From NCBI RefSeq assembly GCF_049860565.1, contig NZ_CP172056.1:2103543-2127542 (forward strand): DNA of 24,000 nt. The letters run 5' to 3'. Source of the stretch: Desulfitobacterium nosdiversum. Its GTDB lineage: Bacteria; Bacillota; Desulfitobacteriia; Desulfitobacteriales; Desulfitobacteriaceae. This document shows positions 7,733 through 16,619 of the stretch, one piece after another (the first letter of the stretch is position 1; every line of letters starts with the position of its first letter). Made by a program: the position numbers and the translations under genes. The notes below the pieces were generated by a model. The model saw only the letters and a list, made by a program, of their open reading frames with translations. It was not told the DNA's origin and did no database searches.

Positions 7733-7915
7733 ATATATCACATGCATTAAAAGACACAAAATTAGGCCTGGCTGTCACATGACAGCGGCAAGCGGAGCAG
7801 GAGCGAAGCGCGGCTATTTGCGCCCGGATGGCGCAACTTGCCGAAAAGCAGTCAAGTGACAGCTAGGCCTTGCCCTTGAGTGGGCCTATATATTATTTCA
7901 TAAGCAAATTAGTAT
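7716..7915 (+). repeat. Palindromic intergenic repeat, copy 1 (200 bp; MITE-like or structured RNA element)
   Basis: Aligns with 18770-18953 in the same orientation: 184 aligned positions, 6 substitutions and one 16-bp indel. Terminal inverted repeats ATACTAAGTTGC / GCAAATTAGTAT. Central 20-position stem 7764-7783 / 7851-7870. Confidence 0.9.
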
Positions 7916-7940
7916 GAACACTGAATTACTAAGGCTTATA

Positions 7941-7969
7941 TTGACTCACTCCTGCTAAAAGAGTATAGT
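7941..7969 (+). promoter_or_regulatory. Sigma-A-type promoter candidate for corA
   Basis: TTGACT (7941-7946), a 17-bp spacer, then TATAGT (7964-7969), about 37 nt upstream of the corA start. A short inverted repeat, ACTCACT (7944-7950) / AGTGAGT (7967-7973), brackets the spacer. Confidence 0.6.
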
Positions 7970-8005
7970 GAGTGTGCATTCGGCGTGGGCTAAAGGAGTG
8001 AAGCG

Positions 8006-8959
8006 GTGATGCTTAAGCTTTTTAAGAACGACGGAGAAACATTTACAGATTTAAATATTACGCACTTAATGAAGGGAACATGGCTAAAGCTGGTCAATCC
8101 GTCGTCTGAAGAACTCAATGCAGTTTCAGAAGCGACCGGAGCACCGCTTGATTTTTTAAAAGCCGCTCTCGATGAAGAAGAACGCTCGCGGATTGAACTT
8201 GAGGAAGAATGTATTCTCGTACTCACGAACATTCCGATTATGCTGAATGAAACAAATTATGACACGCTGCCTTTAGGAATTATTAGTACGGAAGATTATC
8301 TGATTACTGTCTGCTTAGAGGATAATCCTGTCCTTACGGAATTTAATAAGGAAAACTATCGGAGTTTTAACACCGCGAAACGGACTCGTTTTCTCTTTCA
8401 AATCCTCTATAAATCTGCGACGTACTATTTAAAATACTTGCGCCAAATTAATAAACGGACGGACCAGATTGAAAGAGAATTGCGTCAATCTCTCAAAAAT
8501 CAGGAAATATTTCAGCTTATGGATCTCCAGAAAGGTTTAACCTATTTCACGGCATCCTTGAGGTCAAATGGGGTTGTGATGGATCGCCTTATGCGCTTGC
8601 GCTCCAATAGTCAAAGCCAGCATTTGATCAAAATGTATGAAGAGGACGAAGATCTGCTCGAGGATGTTATCATTGAGAATAACCAGGCAATCCAGATGGT
8701 AGAAATGTACACCAATATTTTAAGCAGCATGACAGATGCCTTTGCCTCAATCATCTCGAACAATTTGAACATGGTCATGAAATTTCTAGCATCGATGACC
8801 ATTATTTTAGCAGTTCCAACAATGATTGCGAGTTTTTGGGGCATGAACGTTAGCGTTCCTTTCAGCAACCATCCTTTCGGTTTTCTAATCATTTTGGTTA
8901 CAGCTACCTGCATAGCAGGTGTAAGCTCGTTTGTCCTATGGAGGAAGAATATGTTCTAA
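8006..8959 (+). CDS. corA: CorA-family magnesium/cobalt transporter
   Basis: 317 aa. The C-terminus has two TM helices and the signature FWGMNV (GMN motif). RBS AAGGAG lies at 7993-7998. The start may be GTG 8006 or the adjacent ATG 8009. Confidence 0.9.
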   Translation: MMLKLFKNDGETFTDLNITHLMKGTWLKLVNPSSEELNAVSEATGAPLDFLKAALDEEERSRIELEEECILVLTNIPIMLNETNYDTLPLGIISTEDYLITVCLEDNPVLTEFNKENYRSFNTAKRTRFLFQILYKSATYYLKYLRQINKRTDQIERELRQSLKNQEIFQLMDLQKGLTYFTASLRSNGVVMDRLMRLRSNSQSQHLIKMYEEDEDLLEDVIIENNQAIQMVEMYTNILSSMTDAFASIISNNLNMVMKFLASMTIILAVPTMIASFWGMNVSVPFSNHPFGFLIILVTATCIAGVSSFVLWRKNMF

Positions 8960-9017
8960 GGTTCGCATAAGGCGGCTCTGATCTATAAATGAAGGTAAAC
9001 TAAGTCTGAATGATTAA

Positions 9018-9047
9018 AAAGAGAGCAATAGGCTCTCTTTCCTTTTA
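9018..9047 (+). terminator. Intrinsic terminator after corA
   Basis: AAAGAGAGC (9018-9026), loop AATAG, GCTCTCTTT (9032-9040), then CCTTTTAC. Confidence 0.7.
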
Positions 9048-9051
9048 CTGG

Positions 9052-9080
9052 TTGAAACGAGTAAAATCATTGTGTATGAT
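9052..9080 (+). promoter_or_regulatory. Possible sigma-A promoter for the xseA-recN operon (weak call)
   Basis: TTGAAA (9052-9057), a 17-bp spacer, then TATGAT (9075-9080). Caveat: the implied transcription start falls almost on the xseA RBS (GAGGTGA 9087-9093), so the leader would be extremely short. Confidence 0.35.
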
Positions 9081-9098
9081 GAGTCTGAGGTGAATATT

Positions 9099-10310
9099 GT
9101 GCCGAGAATTTGGACTGTTGCCGAATTAACAACAGAAATTAGTCGTACCCTAAGTGATAATGAGGCTTTAGAAAACTGTTGGGTGAGCGGTGAGCTTTCT
9201 AATTATAAGAATCATCGTCCATCAGGACACTGGTATTTTACATTGAAGGACTCTTCATCAAGCATGAAGGCTGTTATGTTTCGCAGCCGTGCAGAGCGGG
9301 TTCGTTTTACTCCACAGGATGGAATGAAAGTTTTAGTACGGGGCAGCGTAAAAGTATACGATCGGGATGGCAGCGTTCAGCTCTATGCTGAGGAAATGCA
9401 GCCAAGCGGAGTAGGTGCACTCTATCTGGCTTTTGAACAATTAAAGCAGCGTTTGGAGGCAGAGGGACTTTTTGCTCCGGAACATAAAAAGCCCATCCCT
9501 AAAATACCCCGACGCATAGGTATTGTCACAAGTCCAACCGGTGCAGCCATCCGTGATATATTAAAAGTGATGCAGCGCCGCTCCCCAAACCTCTCTTGGA
9601 TATTAGCCCCCGCGGCGGTTCAGGGAGAACAGGCTCCCCAAGAAGTCGCTCAAGCGATTGAACGATTAAATCGTTATGGTAATATCGATGTACTTATCGT
9701 AGGCCGGGGTGGAGGCTCCTTGGAAGAGCTATGGGCATTTAATACGGAGGATGTGGCTCGAGCTATAGCCGCTTCTGTAATCCCGGTTATTTCGGCGGTA
9801 GGGCATGAAACTGATTTTACAATTGCAGATATGGTGGCTGATTTAAGGGCGCCGACCCCTTCAGCTGCCGCAGAACTTGCTGTCCCCGTTTTTCAGGAGC
9901 TGCGGTTAGACGTTGAAAAACTCAATGCTCGCTTGAGGGTGGGAATGGAAGGGCAAATTATACGTAAACGCGAGAGGCTGATGAGATTAGCAGAGAGTGG
10001 ACCGCTGCAAAACCCTTTTTGGAGGATTGCTCAAAATCGCCAGCGGCTGGATCAAGTCAGTTCAGCACTGGAACAAGGGATGACTAGATTTGTTTCGGAT
10101 AAAAATGGTATACTAAAAATATTGGCTGCAAAGCTTGATTTACTGAGCCCTTTAGCGATTCTGGGACGGGGGTATTCCTTAACTTATTCAGAAGAGGGAA
10201 AAATTCTTCGATCCAGTAAAGAAACTCATCCGGGGGATAAAATAAAGGTTCGACTCAATGAAGGTTCACTGGCCTGTCAGGTCATTACAAACGAATATGG
10301 AGAAGAATGA
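9099..10310 (+). CDS. xseA: Exodeoxyribonuclease VII large subunit
   Basis: GTG at 9099 lies 5 nt after GAGGTGA (9087-9093). The N-terminus VPRIWTVAELTTEISRTL matches the usual XseA start. OB-fold region, catalytic core GRGGGSLEELWAFN and a long coiled coil are present. The listed start 9072 is less likely. Confidence 0.9.
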   Translation: MPRIWTVAELTTEISRTLSDNEALENCWVSGELSNYKNHRPSGHWYFTLKDSSSSMKAVMFRSRAERVRFTPQDGMKVLVRGSVKVYDRDGSVQLYAEEMQPSGVGALYLAFEQLKQRLEAEGLFAPEHKKPIPKIPRRIGIVTSPTGAAIRDILKVMQRRSPNLSWILAPAAVQGEQAPQEVAQAIERLNRYGNIDVLIVGRGGGSLEELWAFNTEDVARAIAASVIPVISAVGHETDFTIADMVADLRAPTPSAAAELAVPVFQELRLDVEKLNARLRVGMEGQIIRKRERLMRLAESGPLQNPFWRIAQNRQRLDQVSSALEQGMTRFVSDKNGILKILAAKLDLLSPLAILGRGYSLTYSEEGKILRSSKETHPGDKIKVRLNEGSLACQVITNEYGEE

Positions 10311-10332
10311 GATTAAAGGGGATAAAATAAAG

Positions 10333-10575
10333 ATGTCTGGAAAGCAAGAGATAACGTTTGAAGAAGGAATTGGGAAGCTTGAGCAAATTGTTCGCGAACT
10401 TGAGCAGAAAGAGGTTTCCCTTGAAGACGCCCTTAATTTATTCCGTGAAGGAATAGAGATGGTTCAACATTGTAACGGTTTATTGGATCATGCGGAGAAA
10501 CAAATGGAGATTCTCCTTGAAGGTCCAGGGGGTGAGCTCGAAGTTCGCCCTGCAGATTTTGCAGTGGAAGGATGA
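10333..10575 (+). CDS. xseB: Exodeoxyribonuclease VII small subunit
   Basis: 80 aa starting MSGKQEITFEEGIGKLEQIVRELE, with SLEDALNLFREG typical of XseB. The listed start at 10258 lies inside xseA. Confidence 0.9.
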   Translation: MSGKQEITFEEGIGKLEQIVRELEQKEVSLEDALNLFREGIEMVQHCNGLLDHAEKQMEILLEGPGGELEVRPADFAVEG

Positions 10576-10582
10576 CCTATTC

Positions 10583-11452
10583 ATGTTTCGTACCATGTTA
10601 AAAAATTACGCAGCAAAAATTGAAGCTTTTTTGACAAACTTGCCTTGGGATGAAGCGACTATGGGGCAGAGTATGCGTTACTCATTAGTGGGAGGAGGAA
10701 AACGTATCCGCCCGGTCTTAGCCTTGGCTACAGCAGAAGCTGTAGGCGGAGATGCTGAAACTGTTCTTCCTGCAGCCTGTTCTTTAGAATTGATTCATAC
10801 CTATTCACTGATTCACGATGATCTTCCGGCAATGGATAACGATGATTACCGCAGAGGACGGCTATCCAATCATAAGGTGTTTGGTGAGGGAAATGCAATT
10901 CTTGCGGGAGATGGGCTATTGACCTATGCTTTTGAAATACTGGCCCAACCGCTTTCGGCTGTTTCCCTTGAACGGCAGTTACGGGTTATTCAGGAGGTCG
11001 CTCAGGCAGCAGGACCGGCTGGAATGGTCGGCGGTCAGGTTTTAGATCTAGCTGCGGAGGGGAAAACATTAACGCTGGAAGAGGTCGAACAGATCCATCG
11101 CTTAAAAACAGGGGCGATGCTTACCGTTTCAGCTCGGCTCGGCGGAATTTTGGGCGGGGGAACGGAAGAGCAGATTCAAGCTTTAACACGATATGCCCAA
11201 GCACTCGGATTGGCTTTTCAAATCAAAGATGATATTTTGGACTTAGAAGGGGATAGCAAAACTTTAGGTAAACCTGTAAAAAGTGATTTAAAACAAGAGA
11301 AATCAACCTATCCTTCCTTATTGGGAATAACTGGGGCAAAAGAGCAGCTCGCTCTGCAAGTTCAGGAAGCCCATAAAGCGCTGACAGTTTTTAATAAGTC
11401 GACGGACTTTTTATATTTACTTGCAGATTATATTGCTGAACGCAAAAGTTGA
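10583..11452 (+). CDS. ispA: (2E,6E)-farnesyl diphosphate synthase (short-chain trans-prenyltransferase)
   Basis: First Asp-rich motif LIHDDLPAMDNDDYRRG and second motif FQIKDDILD. ATG at 10583 follows GGAAGGA (10566-10572). The listed start 10490 lies inside xseB. Confidence 0.9.
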   Translation: MFRTMLKNYAAKIEAFLTNLPWDEATMGQSMRYSLVGGGKRIRPVLALATAEAVGGDAETVLPAACSLELIHTYSLIHDDLPAMDNDDYRRGRLSNHKVFGEGNAILAGDGLLTYAFEILAQPLSAVSLERQLRVIQEVAQAAGPAGMVGGQVLDLAAEGKTLTLEEVEQIHRLKTGAMLTVSARLGGILGGGTEEQIQALTRYAQALGLAFQIKDDILDLEGDSKTLGKPVKSDLKQEKSTYPSLLGITGAKEQLALQVQEAHKALTVFNKSTDFLYLLADYIAERKS

Positions 11453-11460
11453 GGTGGACT

Positions 11461-11904
11461 ATGCCAATCTATCCGGGGATTCTCCATAATACCATATTAT
11501 TTTCAGCCATTGCCGCTTGGTTAGTGGCTCAACTTATTAAAGTTATCATTAATTTTATGGTTCATCGTACTTTTGACATTTATTTTCTAATGAGTTCGGG
11601 AGGATTTCCAAGTTCGCATTCGGCTACAGTCAGTGCCGTTGCCTTAGGGGTCGGCAAATACTATGGATGGGATTCCCCAATTTTTGCCGTGGCGGCCGTT
11701 TTGGCGATGATTGTTATGTATGATGCGGCTGGAGTGCGGCGAGAAGCTGGAAAGCAAGCGGAAGTTATCAACCGGCTCGTGGCGGAATTGTACCACCAAT
11801 TGTCTAACCTATCTCAGGAACGCTTAAAGGAGTTAATCGGGCATTCTCCTTTAGAAGTTTTTGCAGGGGCAATTGTTGGCATTATTGTTGGATTGATTGT
11901 TTAA
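11461..11904 (+). CDS. yuiD: Divergent PAP2 family membrane protein (DUF212, YuiD-like)
   Basis: GGFPSSHSATVSA, MYDAAGVRREAGKQAEVINRL and LKELIGHSPLEVFAG closely parallel B. subtilis YuiD as I remember it. ATG at 11461 follows GAGGTGG (11451-11457). Confidence 0.85.
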   Translation: MPIYPGILHNTILFSAIAAWLVAQLIKVIINFMVHRTFDIYFLMSSGGFPSSHSATVSAVALGVGKYYGWDSPIFAVAAVLAMIVMYDAAGVRREAGKQAEVINRLVAELYHQLSNLSQERLKELIGHSPLEVFAGAIVGIIVGLIV

Positions 11905-11943
11905 AAATGTGTAAACTCATTATATGAGGAGGTTCATATCCTT

Positions 11944-12546
11944 TTGGGTTATAAACGTAAAAGTTGGAAGCATCTCTTTTTTGTTTTTTCTTTAAGCTTT
12001 TTAATTGCGTTGCTTGCTGGTTTTGGTTCGGAGCTTTTAATGAGAAAAACATCAATATGGGTAGCTTGGATCCTGCTTTTTGTGGTGATTGGCATCCATG
12101 TTGTTTTCGATATTATCGGAATTGCGGCTACGGCGGCCACGGAAAAACCCCATCATGCCAAGGCGGCAAATCGTATCATGGGGGCAAAGCAGGCGGTTTA
12201 TCTTGTGCGTAATGCAGATTTAGTGGCGAACTTCGCTAATGATATTGTCGGCGATGTCTCAGGTACATTAAGTGGAGCCATGGCAGCCTCAATTATTATC
12301 GATCTTATGCGTTATTATCCATCTATGGAGAGTCAGGAAATCCTTTGGAATACATTGATGCTGGCCTTTGTGGCCTCAATTACGGTAACGACGAAAGCGT
12401 TAGGAAAATCTTTCGCAATTTATGAGGCTGATGCAATTATAGGTAAAGTAGGAGTTATCATTGCAAGCCTTGAACGGGTTACGGGCCGATCCTTTACACA
12501 ACCTAAGAAAGGGGGAAAGAGAAGTGGGGATTCTCGAAAGAATTAA
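11944..12546 (+). CDS. Conserved-looking integral membrane protein of unknown function (about 4 TM, basic C-terminal tail)
   Basis: 200 aa. TTG start lies 11 nt after GAGGAGG (11926-11932). Hydrophobic segments sit at roughly aa 11-32, 38-66, 97-121 and 134-155. The C-terminus is [13 protein letters not shown]. It overlaps the dxs start by 23 nt. I recognise no family. Confidence 0.65.
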   Translation: MGYKRKSWKHLFFVFSLSFLIALLAGFGSELLMRKTSIWVAWILLFVVIGIHVVFDIIGIAATAATEKPHHAKAANRIMGAKQAVYLVRNADLVANFANDIVGDVSGTLSGAMAASIIIDLMRYYPSMESQEILWNTLMLAFVASITVTTKALGKSFAIYEADAIIGKVGVIIASLERVTGRSFTQPKKGGKRSGDSRKN

Positions 12547-14422
12547 ACAGCCTAGAGATTTAAAAACGCTGAATGAGCAGGAACTGAAACTTCTCGCCCA
12601 GGAAATCCGAGAAGAAATCATCGATGTTGTCTCGGCGAACGGAGGACATTTGGCCCCTAATTTAGGGGTTGTTGAACTTACGTTAGCCATTCATCGTGTC
12701 TTTGATTCGCCAATAGATAAACTGATTTGGGATGTAGGTCATCAGACGTATGTTCATAAACTGCTGACCGGCCGCCAAAATGAATTCAAAAGCCTTCGGC
12801 TCCATAATGGACTTTCAGGGTTTCCCAAGCGTCAGGAAAGTCCTCACGATTGTTTTGAAACAGGTCATTCCAGCACCTCAATATCAGCGGCTGTCGGCTT
12901 TGCCAAAGCAAGGGATCTTCTTCAGGAAAAATTCCATGTTGTAGCTGTCATTGGGGATGGGGCAATGTCCGGAGGAATGGCTTATGAGGCGTTGAATCAT
13001 GCCGGGCATAGCAAGACAAACATGATCGTGATTCTTAATGATAATGAAATGTCCATTTCTCATAATGTGGGGGCGTTATCAACCTATTTATGCCGGCTGC
13101 GGACGGACCCCCGCTATGCTCGCAGCAAGGAAGAAATTGAACAGCTCCTTAAAAAAATTCCGCGAATCGGAGATAAGGTAGCTAAAGCTGCGGAAAGAGC
13201 TAAAGATAGTTTAAAGTACCTTTTTGTACCGGGTTTATGGTTTGAGGAATTGGGCTTTACCTATTTAGGACCCATTGACGGACATGATCAGCTTTTAGTT
13301 GAGCAAACTTTGGAACAGGCAAAACAGAAGAAGGGACCCGTGCTGATCCATGTCATTACAAAGAAAGGAAAGGGCTATCCTCCTGCTGAAAAAAATCCTG
13401 ATGTTTTTCATGGCGTTGGTCCATTTGACAAGGAAACCGGAGCAATTCTGAAAAAGTCGACTGTTCCCACCTATACGCAGGTTTTTGGAGAGACCTTATG
13501 CAGACTGGCTGAAGAAAATCCTAAAATTACGGCTATAACAGCGGCAATGCCGAGCGGAACGGGCTTAAACCTTTTCGCAAAGCGTTTTCCCGACCGTTTT
13601 TTTGATGTGGGGATTGCCGAACAACATGCGGTTACCTTTGCTTCGGCGCTTGCCTTCGGAGGAATGAAGCCTGTTGTTTCGATTTATTCAACGTTTTACC
13701 AAAGAGCGTTTGATCAGGTCTTGCATGACGTTTGTTTGCCTAAGTCGAATGTCGTTTTAGCTATTGACAGGGCAGGTGTTGTCGGAGACGATGGCCCTAC
13801 TCACCATGGTATTTTTGATATTTCTTTTTTACGGGTTATTCCCAATTTGGTCTTTATGGCGCCGAAAGACGAGAACGAACTTCAACATATGCTTTATACG
13901 GCTCTACGTCAGGAAGGGCCTGTTGCTTTGCGTTATCCTCGGTCAGTCGGGCAAGGGGTTGCTCTTGATGAAAATTTTAAAGAATTGCCGATTGGACAAG
14001 CTGAAGTTTTAAGGGAGGGTAAAGACCTGACTTTGATCGGGACGGGTCCTCTTGTTTATACGTGTCTGGAGGCGGCTGAAGAGCTTCGTCAGGGCGGTGT
14101 GGAAGCAGCTGTTATTAATTTACGCTTTCTTAAACCGCTTGATAAGGAAACCATCCTCCATTATGCTTATTTGACGAAGCGAATGATCACGGTTGAAGAT
14201 CATATTCTGGCAGGCGGCATGGGAAGCGCAGTTCTTGAAACTCTGGCTGATGCAGGATTGAAGGATGTAGGCATTGAATGTATTGGTTATGAGAGTTTTG
14301 TGGAACAGGGTTCAATTTCTCTGCTCCAGCGGGAAAATGGCTTATCTGTTGAGGGGATCCTTCAAGCGGCCGAACGGCTGAAGATTTTGCATCGTGTTCG
14401 AGAAGGGAGAAATCGTGGCTAA
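12524..14422 (+). CDS. dxs: 1-deoxy-D-xylulose-5-phosphate synthase
   Basis: GTG at 12524 follows AAGGGGGAA. The N-terminus [28 protein letters not shown] matches the canonical Dxs start. [10 protein letters not shown], the TPP motif [16 protein letters not shown] and [15 protein letters not shown] are present. The listed start 12461 is an upstream extension. Confidence 0.95.
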   Translation: MGILERIKQPRDLKTLNEQELKLLAQEIREEIIDVVSANGGHLAPNLGVVELTLAIHRVFDSPIDKLIWDVGHQTYVHKLLTGRQNEFKSLRLHNGLSGFPKRQESPHDCFETGHSSTSISAAVGFAKARDLLQEKFHVVAVIGDGAMSGGMAYEALNHAGHSKTNMIVILNDNEMSISHNVGALSTYLCRLRTDPRYARSKEEIEQLLKKIPRIGDKVAKAAERAKDSLKYLFVPGLWFEELGFTYLGPIDGHDQLLVEQTLEQAKQKKGPVLIHVITKKGKGYPPAEKNPDVFHGVGPFDKETGAILKKSTVPTYTQVFGETLCRLAEENPKITAITAAMPSGTGLNLFAKRFPDRFFDVGIAEQHAVTFASALAFGGMKPVVSIYSTFYQRAFDQVLHDVCLPKSNVVLAIDRAGVVGDDGPTHHGIFDISFLRVIPNLVFMAPKDENELQHMLYTALRQEGPVALRYPRSVGQGVALDENFKELPIGQAEVLREGKDLTLIGTGPLVYTCLEAAEELRQGGVEAAVINLRFLKPLDKETILHYAYLTKRMITVEDHILAGGMGSAVLETLADAGLKDVGIECIGYESFVEQGSISLLQRENGLSVEGILQAAERLKILHRVREGRNRG

Positions 14423-15224
14423 AGGTAAGGAACGACTAGATGTTTTACTCGTTCAGCAGGGACTCCTGCCGAGCCGTGAAAAGGCAAAAGCAGCGATCAT
14501 GGCAGGACTGATTTATACGGGAGGGCAACGCGCAGATAAACCGGGAATGGAGTTTCCGGAGACGACTGTTTTTGAATTCAAGGGACAAACTTTGCCTTAC
14601 GTATCCCGAGGCGGGTTGAAGCTTGAAAAAGCGTTAAAGGTTTTTCCCGTTGACTTTTCGCAATGTGTCATTGCCGATATGGGAGCTTCCACCGGGGGCT
14701 TTACGGATTGTGCCTTGCAGAATGGTGCAGCTCGGATATATGCAATTGATGTGGGATATGGTCAATTGGACTGGAAATTGAGAACAGATCCAAGAGTTGT
14801 TTCGATGGAACGGGTCAATGCCCGCTATTTGACGGCTGACGATCTTCCGGAAAAGGTGGATTGGGTTGTTTCGGATTTGGCCTTTATTTCGGTAACTAAA
14901 GTATTTACGGCGATGCGTGCGATCCTTCATGATAAAGGGCAAGTGATATCTCTGATTAAACCCCAATTTGAAGCAGGGCGTGAACAGGTCGGTAAAAAAG
15001 GGGTTGTTAAAGATCCTGATATTCATGCTCAAGTTATTATTCAGGTTCTTAGTGAGGCTGAGGCTCATGGTTTTACTATACGCGGAATCGAATATTCTCC
15101 CATTCGAGGACCGGAAGGAAATATCGAGTATCTGGCTTGGCTGGCTGTCCAAGGTGATGAAGGCATAGACTGGCGGTCAAAGGTTGCCGATTTGGTTCAG
15201 CGAGCACAGAGAGGAACGGAGTGA
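14415..15224 (+). CDS. tlyA: TlyA-family rRNA (cytidine-2'-O)-methyltransferase (S4 domain + FtsJ-like)
   Basis: GTG at 14415 follows GAAGGGAG and overlaps the dxs stop by 8 nt. The N-terminus [13 protein letters not shown] is an S4 domain. The SAM motif is [12 protein letters not shown]. The start could instead be 14394. Confidence 0.85.
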   Translation: MAKGKERLDVLLVQQGLLPSREKAKAAIMAGLIYTGGQRADKPGMEFPETTVFEFKGQTLPYVSRGGLKLEKALKVFPVDFSQCVIADMGASTGGFTDCALQNGAARIYAIDVGYGQLDWKLRTDPRVVSMERVNARYLTADDLPEKVDWVVSDLAFISVTKVFTAMRAILHDKGQVISLIKPQFEAGREQVGKKGVVKDPDIHAQVIIQVLSEAEAHGFTIRGIEYSPIRGPEGNIEYLAWLAVQGDEGIDWRSKVADLVQRAQRGTE

Positions 15225-16045
15225 AGCAGGTGGATCGAGTAGGCTTATGGGTTAACCAGAGCAAAGCCGAGTCACAGTCTTTAGCTTTACAGCTTACCCA
15301 TTGGTTCCGGTCTCTTGGCTGGGAGGTTTTAACGGAATGGGATGAAATCAAGGCTGAGGGCGTTACGTTTTTGATTTCACTCGGCGGGGACGGAACGCTT
15401 TTAGAGGCGGCTCGGGAAGCGTCACCCTATAAAATTCCTGTTTTAGGTGTTAATTTGGGGCGGTTAGGTTTTTTGTGCGAAATCGAGCGTGATGAAGTGT
15501 TTTTTGCCTTAAAGCTGGTTCTTGAGCAGCAATACAGCATCCAGGAACGATTGATGCTGGAGGCAGTGGTTAAACGAACCGATAAAAGCGAACTTAAATA
15601 TACAGTTCTCAATGATGTTGCTTTTCATCGTCAATGTACGGAAGGAATGGTTACCCTTCAGGCAAACATATCGGGAGAACCATCCGTGAGCTATCCTGCA
15701 GACGGCTTAATTGTTGCAACCCCTACGGGTTCAACTGCGTACTCCCTATCAGCAGGAGGGCCTATTATCAGCCCAGATGTGCAAGCGATTTTGCTGACTC
15801 CGCTGTCGGCGCATTCCTTATCCGCTCGACCGATGGTCGTCTCGGAAAAGGAGAGTATTGAAATTCTTTTAGCACGGGGAAAAGAATGTCAAATCACCTT
15901 TGATGGGCGTGAAGATCTTGTAATAAGACCGGGTGAAACTGTTCTGATCCGAACTTCACCGCTTAAAGCCCTTTTAATCCGACTTGGAAAAAGAAGTTTT
16001 CCGAGAGTGGTTCGTGAAAAGTTGAGGGACCGTTGGCATGAGTAA
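15221..16045 (+). CDS. nadK: NAD kinase
   Basis: The GGDGT motif (ISLGGDGTLLEAA) and TPTGSTAYSLSAGGPI are present. The GTG start overlaps the tlyA stop (GTGA). An in-frame GTG at 15230 is an alternative start. Confidence 0.9.
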   Translation: MKQVDRVGLWVNQSKAESQSLALQLTHWFRSLGWEVLTEWDEIKAEGVTFLISLGGDGTLLEAAREASPYKIPVLGVNLGRLGFLCEIERDEVFFALKLVLEQQYSIQERLMLEAVVKRTDKSELKYTVLNDVAFHRQCTEGMVTLQANISGEPSVSYPADGLIVATPTGSTAYSLSAGGPIISPDVQAILLTPLSAHSLSARPMVVSEKESIEILLARGKECQITFDGREDLVIRPGETVLIRTSPLKALLIRLGKRSFPRVVREKLRDRWHE

Positions 16046-16619
16046 TCGAATTCAAGATATTCAAGGCTTTTTGCGCGAGATTCTCGTTCAGAGAATTAGG
16101 CCGGGAGACATCGCTTTGGATTTGACTGCCGGCCGGGGGCGTGATACTTTGTTTTTAGCCCAAGCAGTTGGTCCCAAAGGACGGGTACATGCGTTTGATA
16201 TCCAAGATAGGGCGTTAAAAGAAACTGAATGTTTGTTAAGTGAGCATGGTGTTGCAAAACGGGTTTCACTTCATGCCATAACCCATGCGCGAGTCAGGGA
16301 AGTTGTTTCAGAACCTATTAATATTGCCATGTTTAATTTAGGATATTTGCCTGGATCAGACCATTCTCTTACGACTCAGGCAGAATCAACACTTCTTGCT
16401 TTGCAGTCTGTTCTTGAAATGTTAACCTTAAATGGAATACTCGTTTTAACGATCTATCGGGGACATCCGGGCGGAGAAGAAGAAGCAAGTGCAGTTGATC
16501 AATTTTTAACGTCCTTACCTCGAAAATGCTTCAGCGTTCTTGAGGGTAAATACATCAATCAGGATCGGGAAGCTCCATATTGGGTTTTGGTGCAAAAGAA
16601 AAGGGAGGAAATCGGATGA
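16038..16619 (+). CDS. mnmM: Class I SAM-dependent methyltransferase, YtqB/MnmM-like (tRNA mnm5s2U34 methyltransferase family)
   Basis: DLTAGRGRDTLFLAQAVGPKGRVHAFDIQ, FNLGYLPGSDHSLTT and YRGHPGGEEE parallel B. subtilis YtqB motifs (FNLGYLPGGD, YHGHPEG). The ATG overlaps the nadK stop by 8 nt. Confidence 0.75.
   Translation: MSNRIQDIQGFLREILVQRIRPGDIALDLTAGRGRDTLFLAQAVGPKGRVHAFDIQDRALKETECLLSEHGVAKRVSLHAITHARVREVVSEPINIAMFNLGYLPGSDHSLTTQAESTLLALQSVLEMLTLNGILVLTIYRGHPGGEEEASAVDQFLTSLPRKCFSVLEGKYINQDREAPYWVLVQKKREEIG

Noticed and set aside
7779-7859. Small ORF inside the repeat. Copy 1 encodes MTAASGAGAKRGYLRPDGATCRKAVK. Copy 2 encodes MTAASGAGAKRGYLRPEKQSSDS within the listed ORF 18665-18904.
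   Set aside because: There is no Shine-Dalgarno sequence. The 16-bp indel shifts the frame, so the C-termini differ completely between copies. The listed 79-aa ORF begins inside recN. Conservation looks nucleotide- and structure-level, not coding.
7733-8005. Possible Mg2+ riboswitch (M-box) or other leader RNA upstream of corA.
   Set aside because: Most of the interval is the repeat, which also occurs after recN, so it is not corA-specific. The best promoter (7941-7969) lies downstream of it and leaves only a roughly 35-nt leader. I see no M-box-like conserved core. A cmscan would settle this.
11453-11943. OLE RNA expected between ispA and the membrane-protein gene.
   Set aside because: The interval is filled by an ORF with unmistakable YuiD/DUF212 motifs (GGFPSSHSA, DAAGVRREAG, GHSPLEVFAG), and the gaps are only 8 and 39 nt. 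A roughly 600-nt ncRNA cannot fit.
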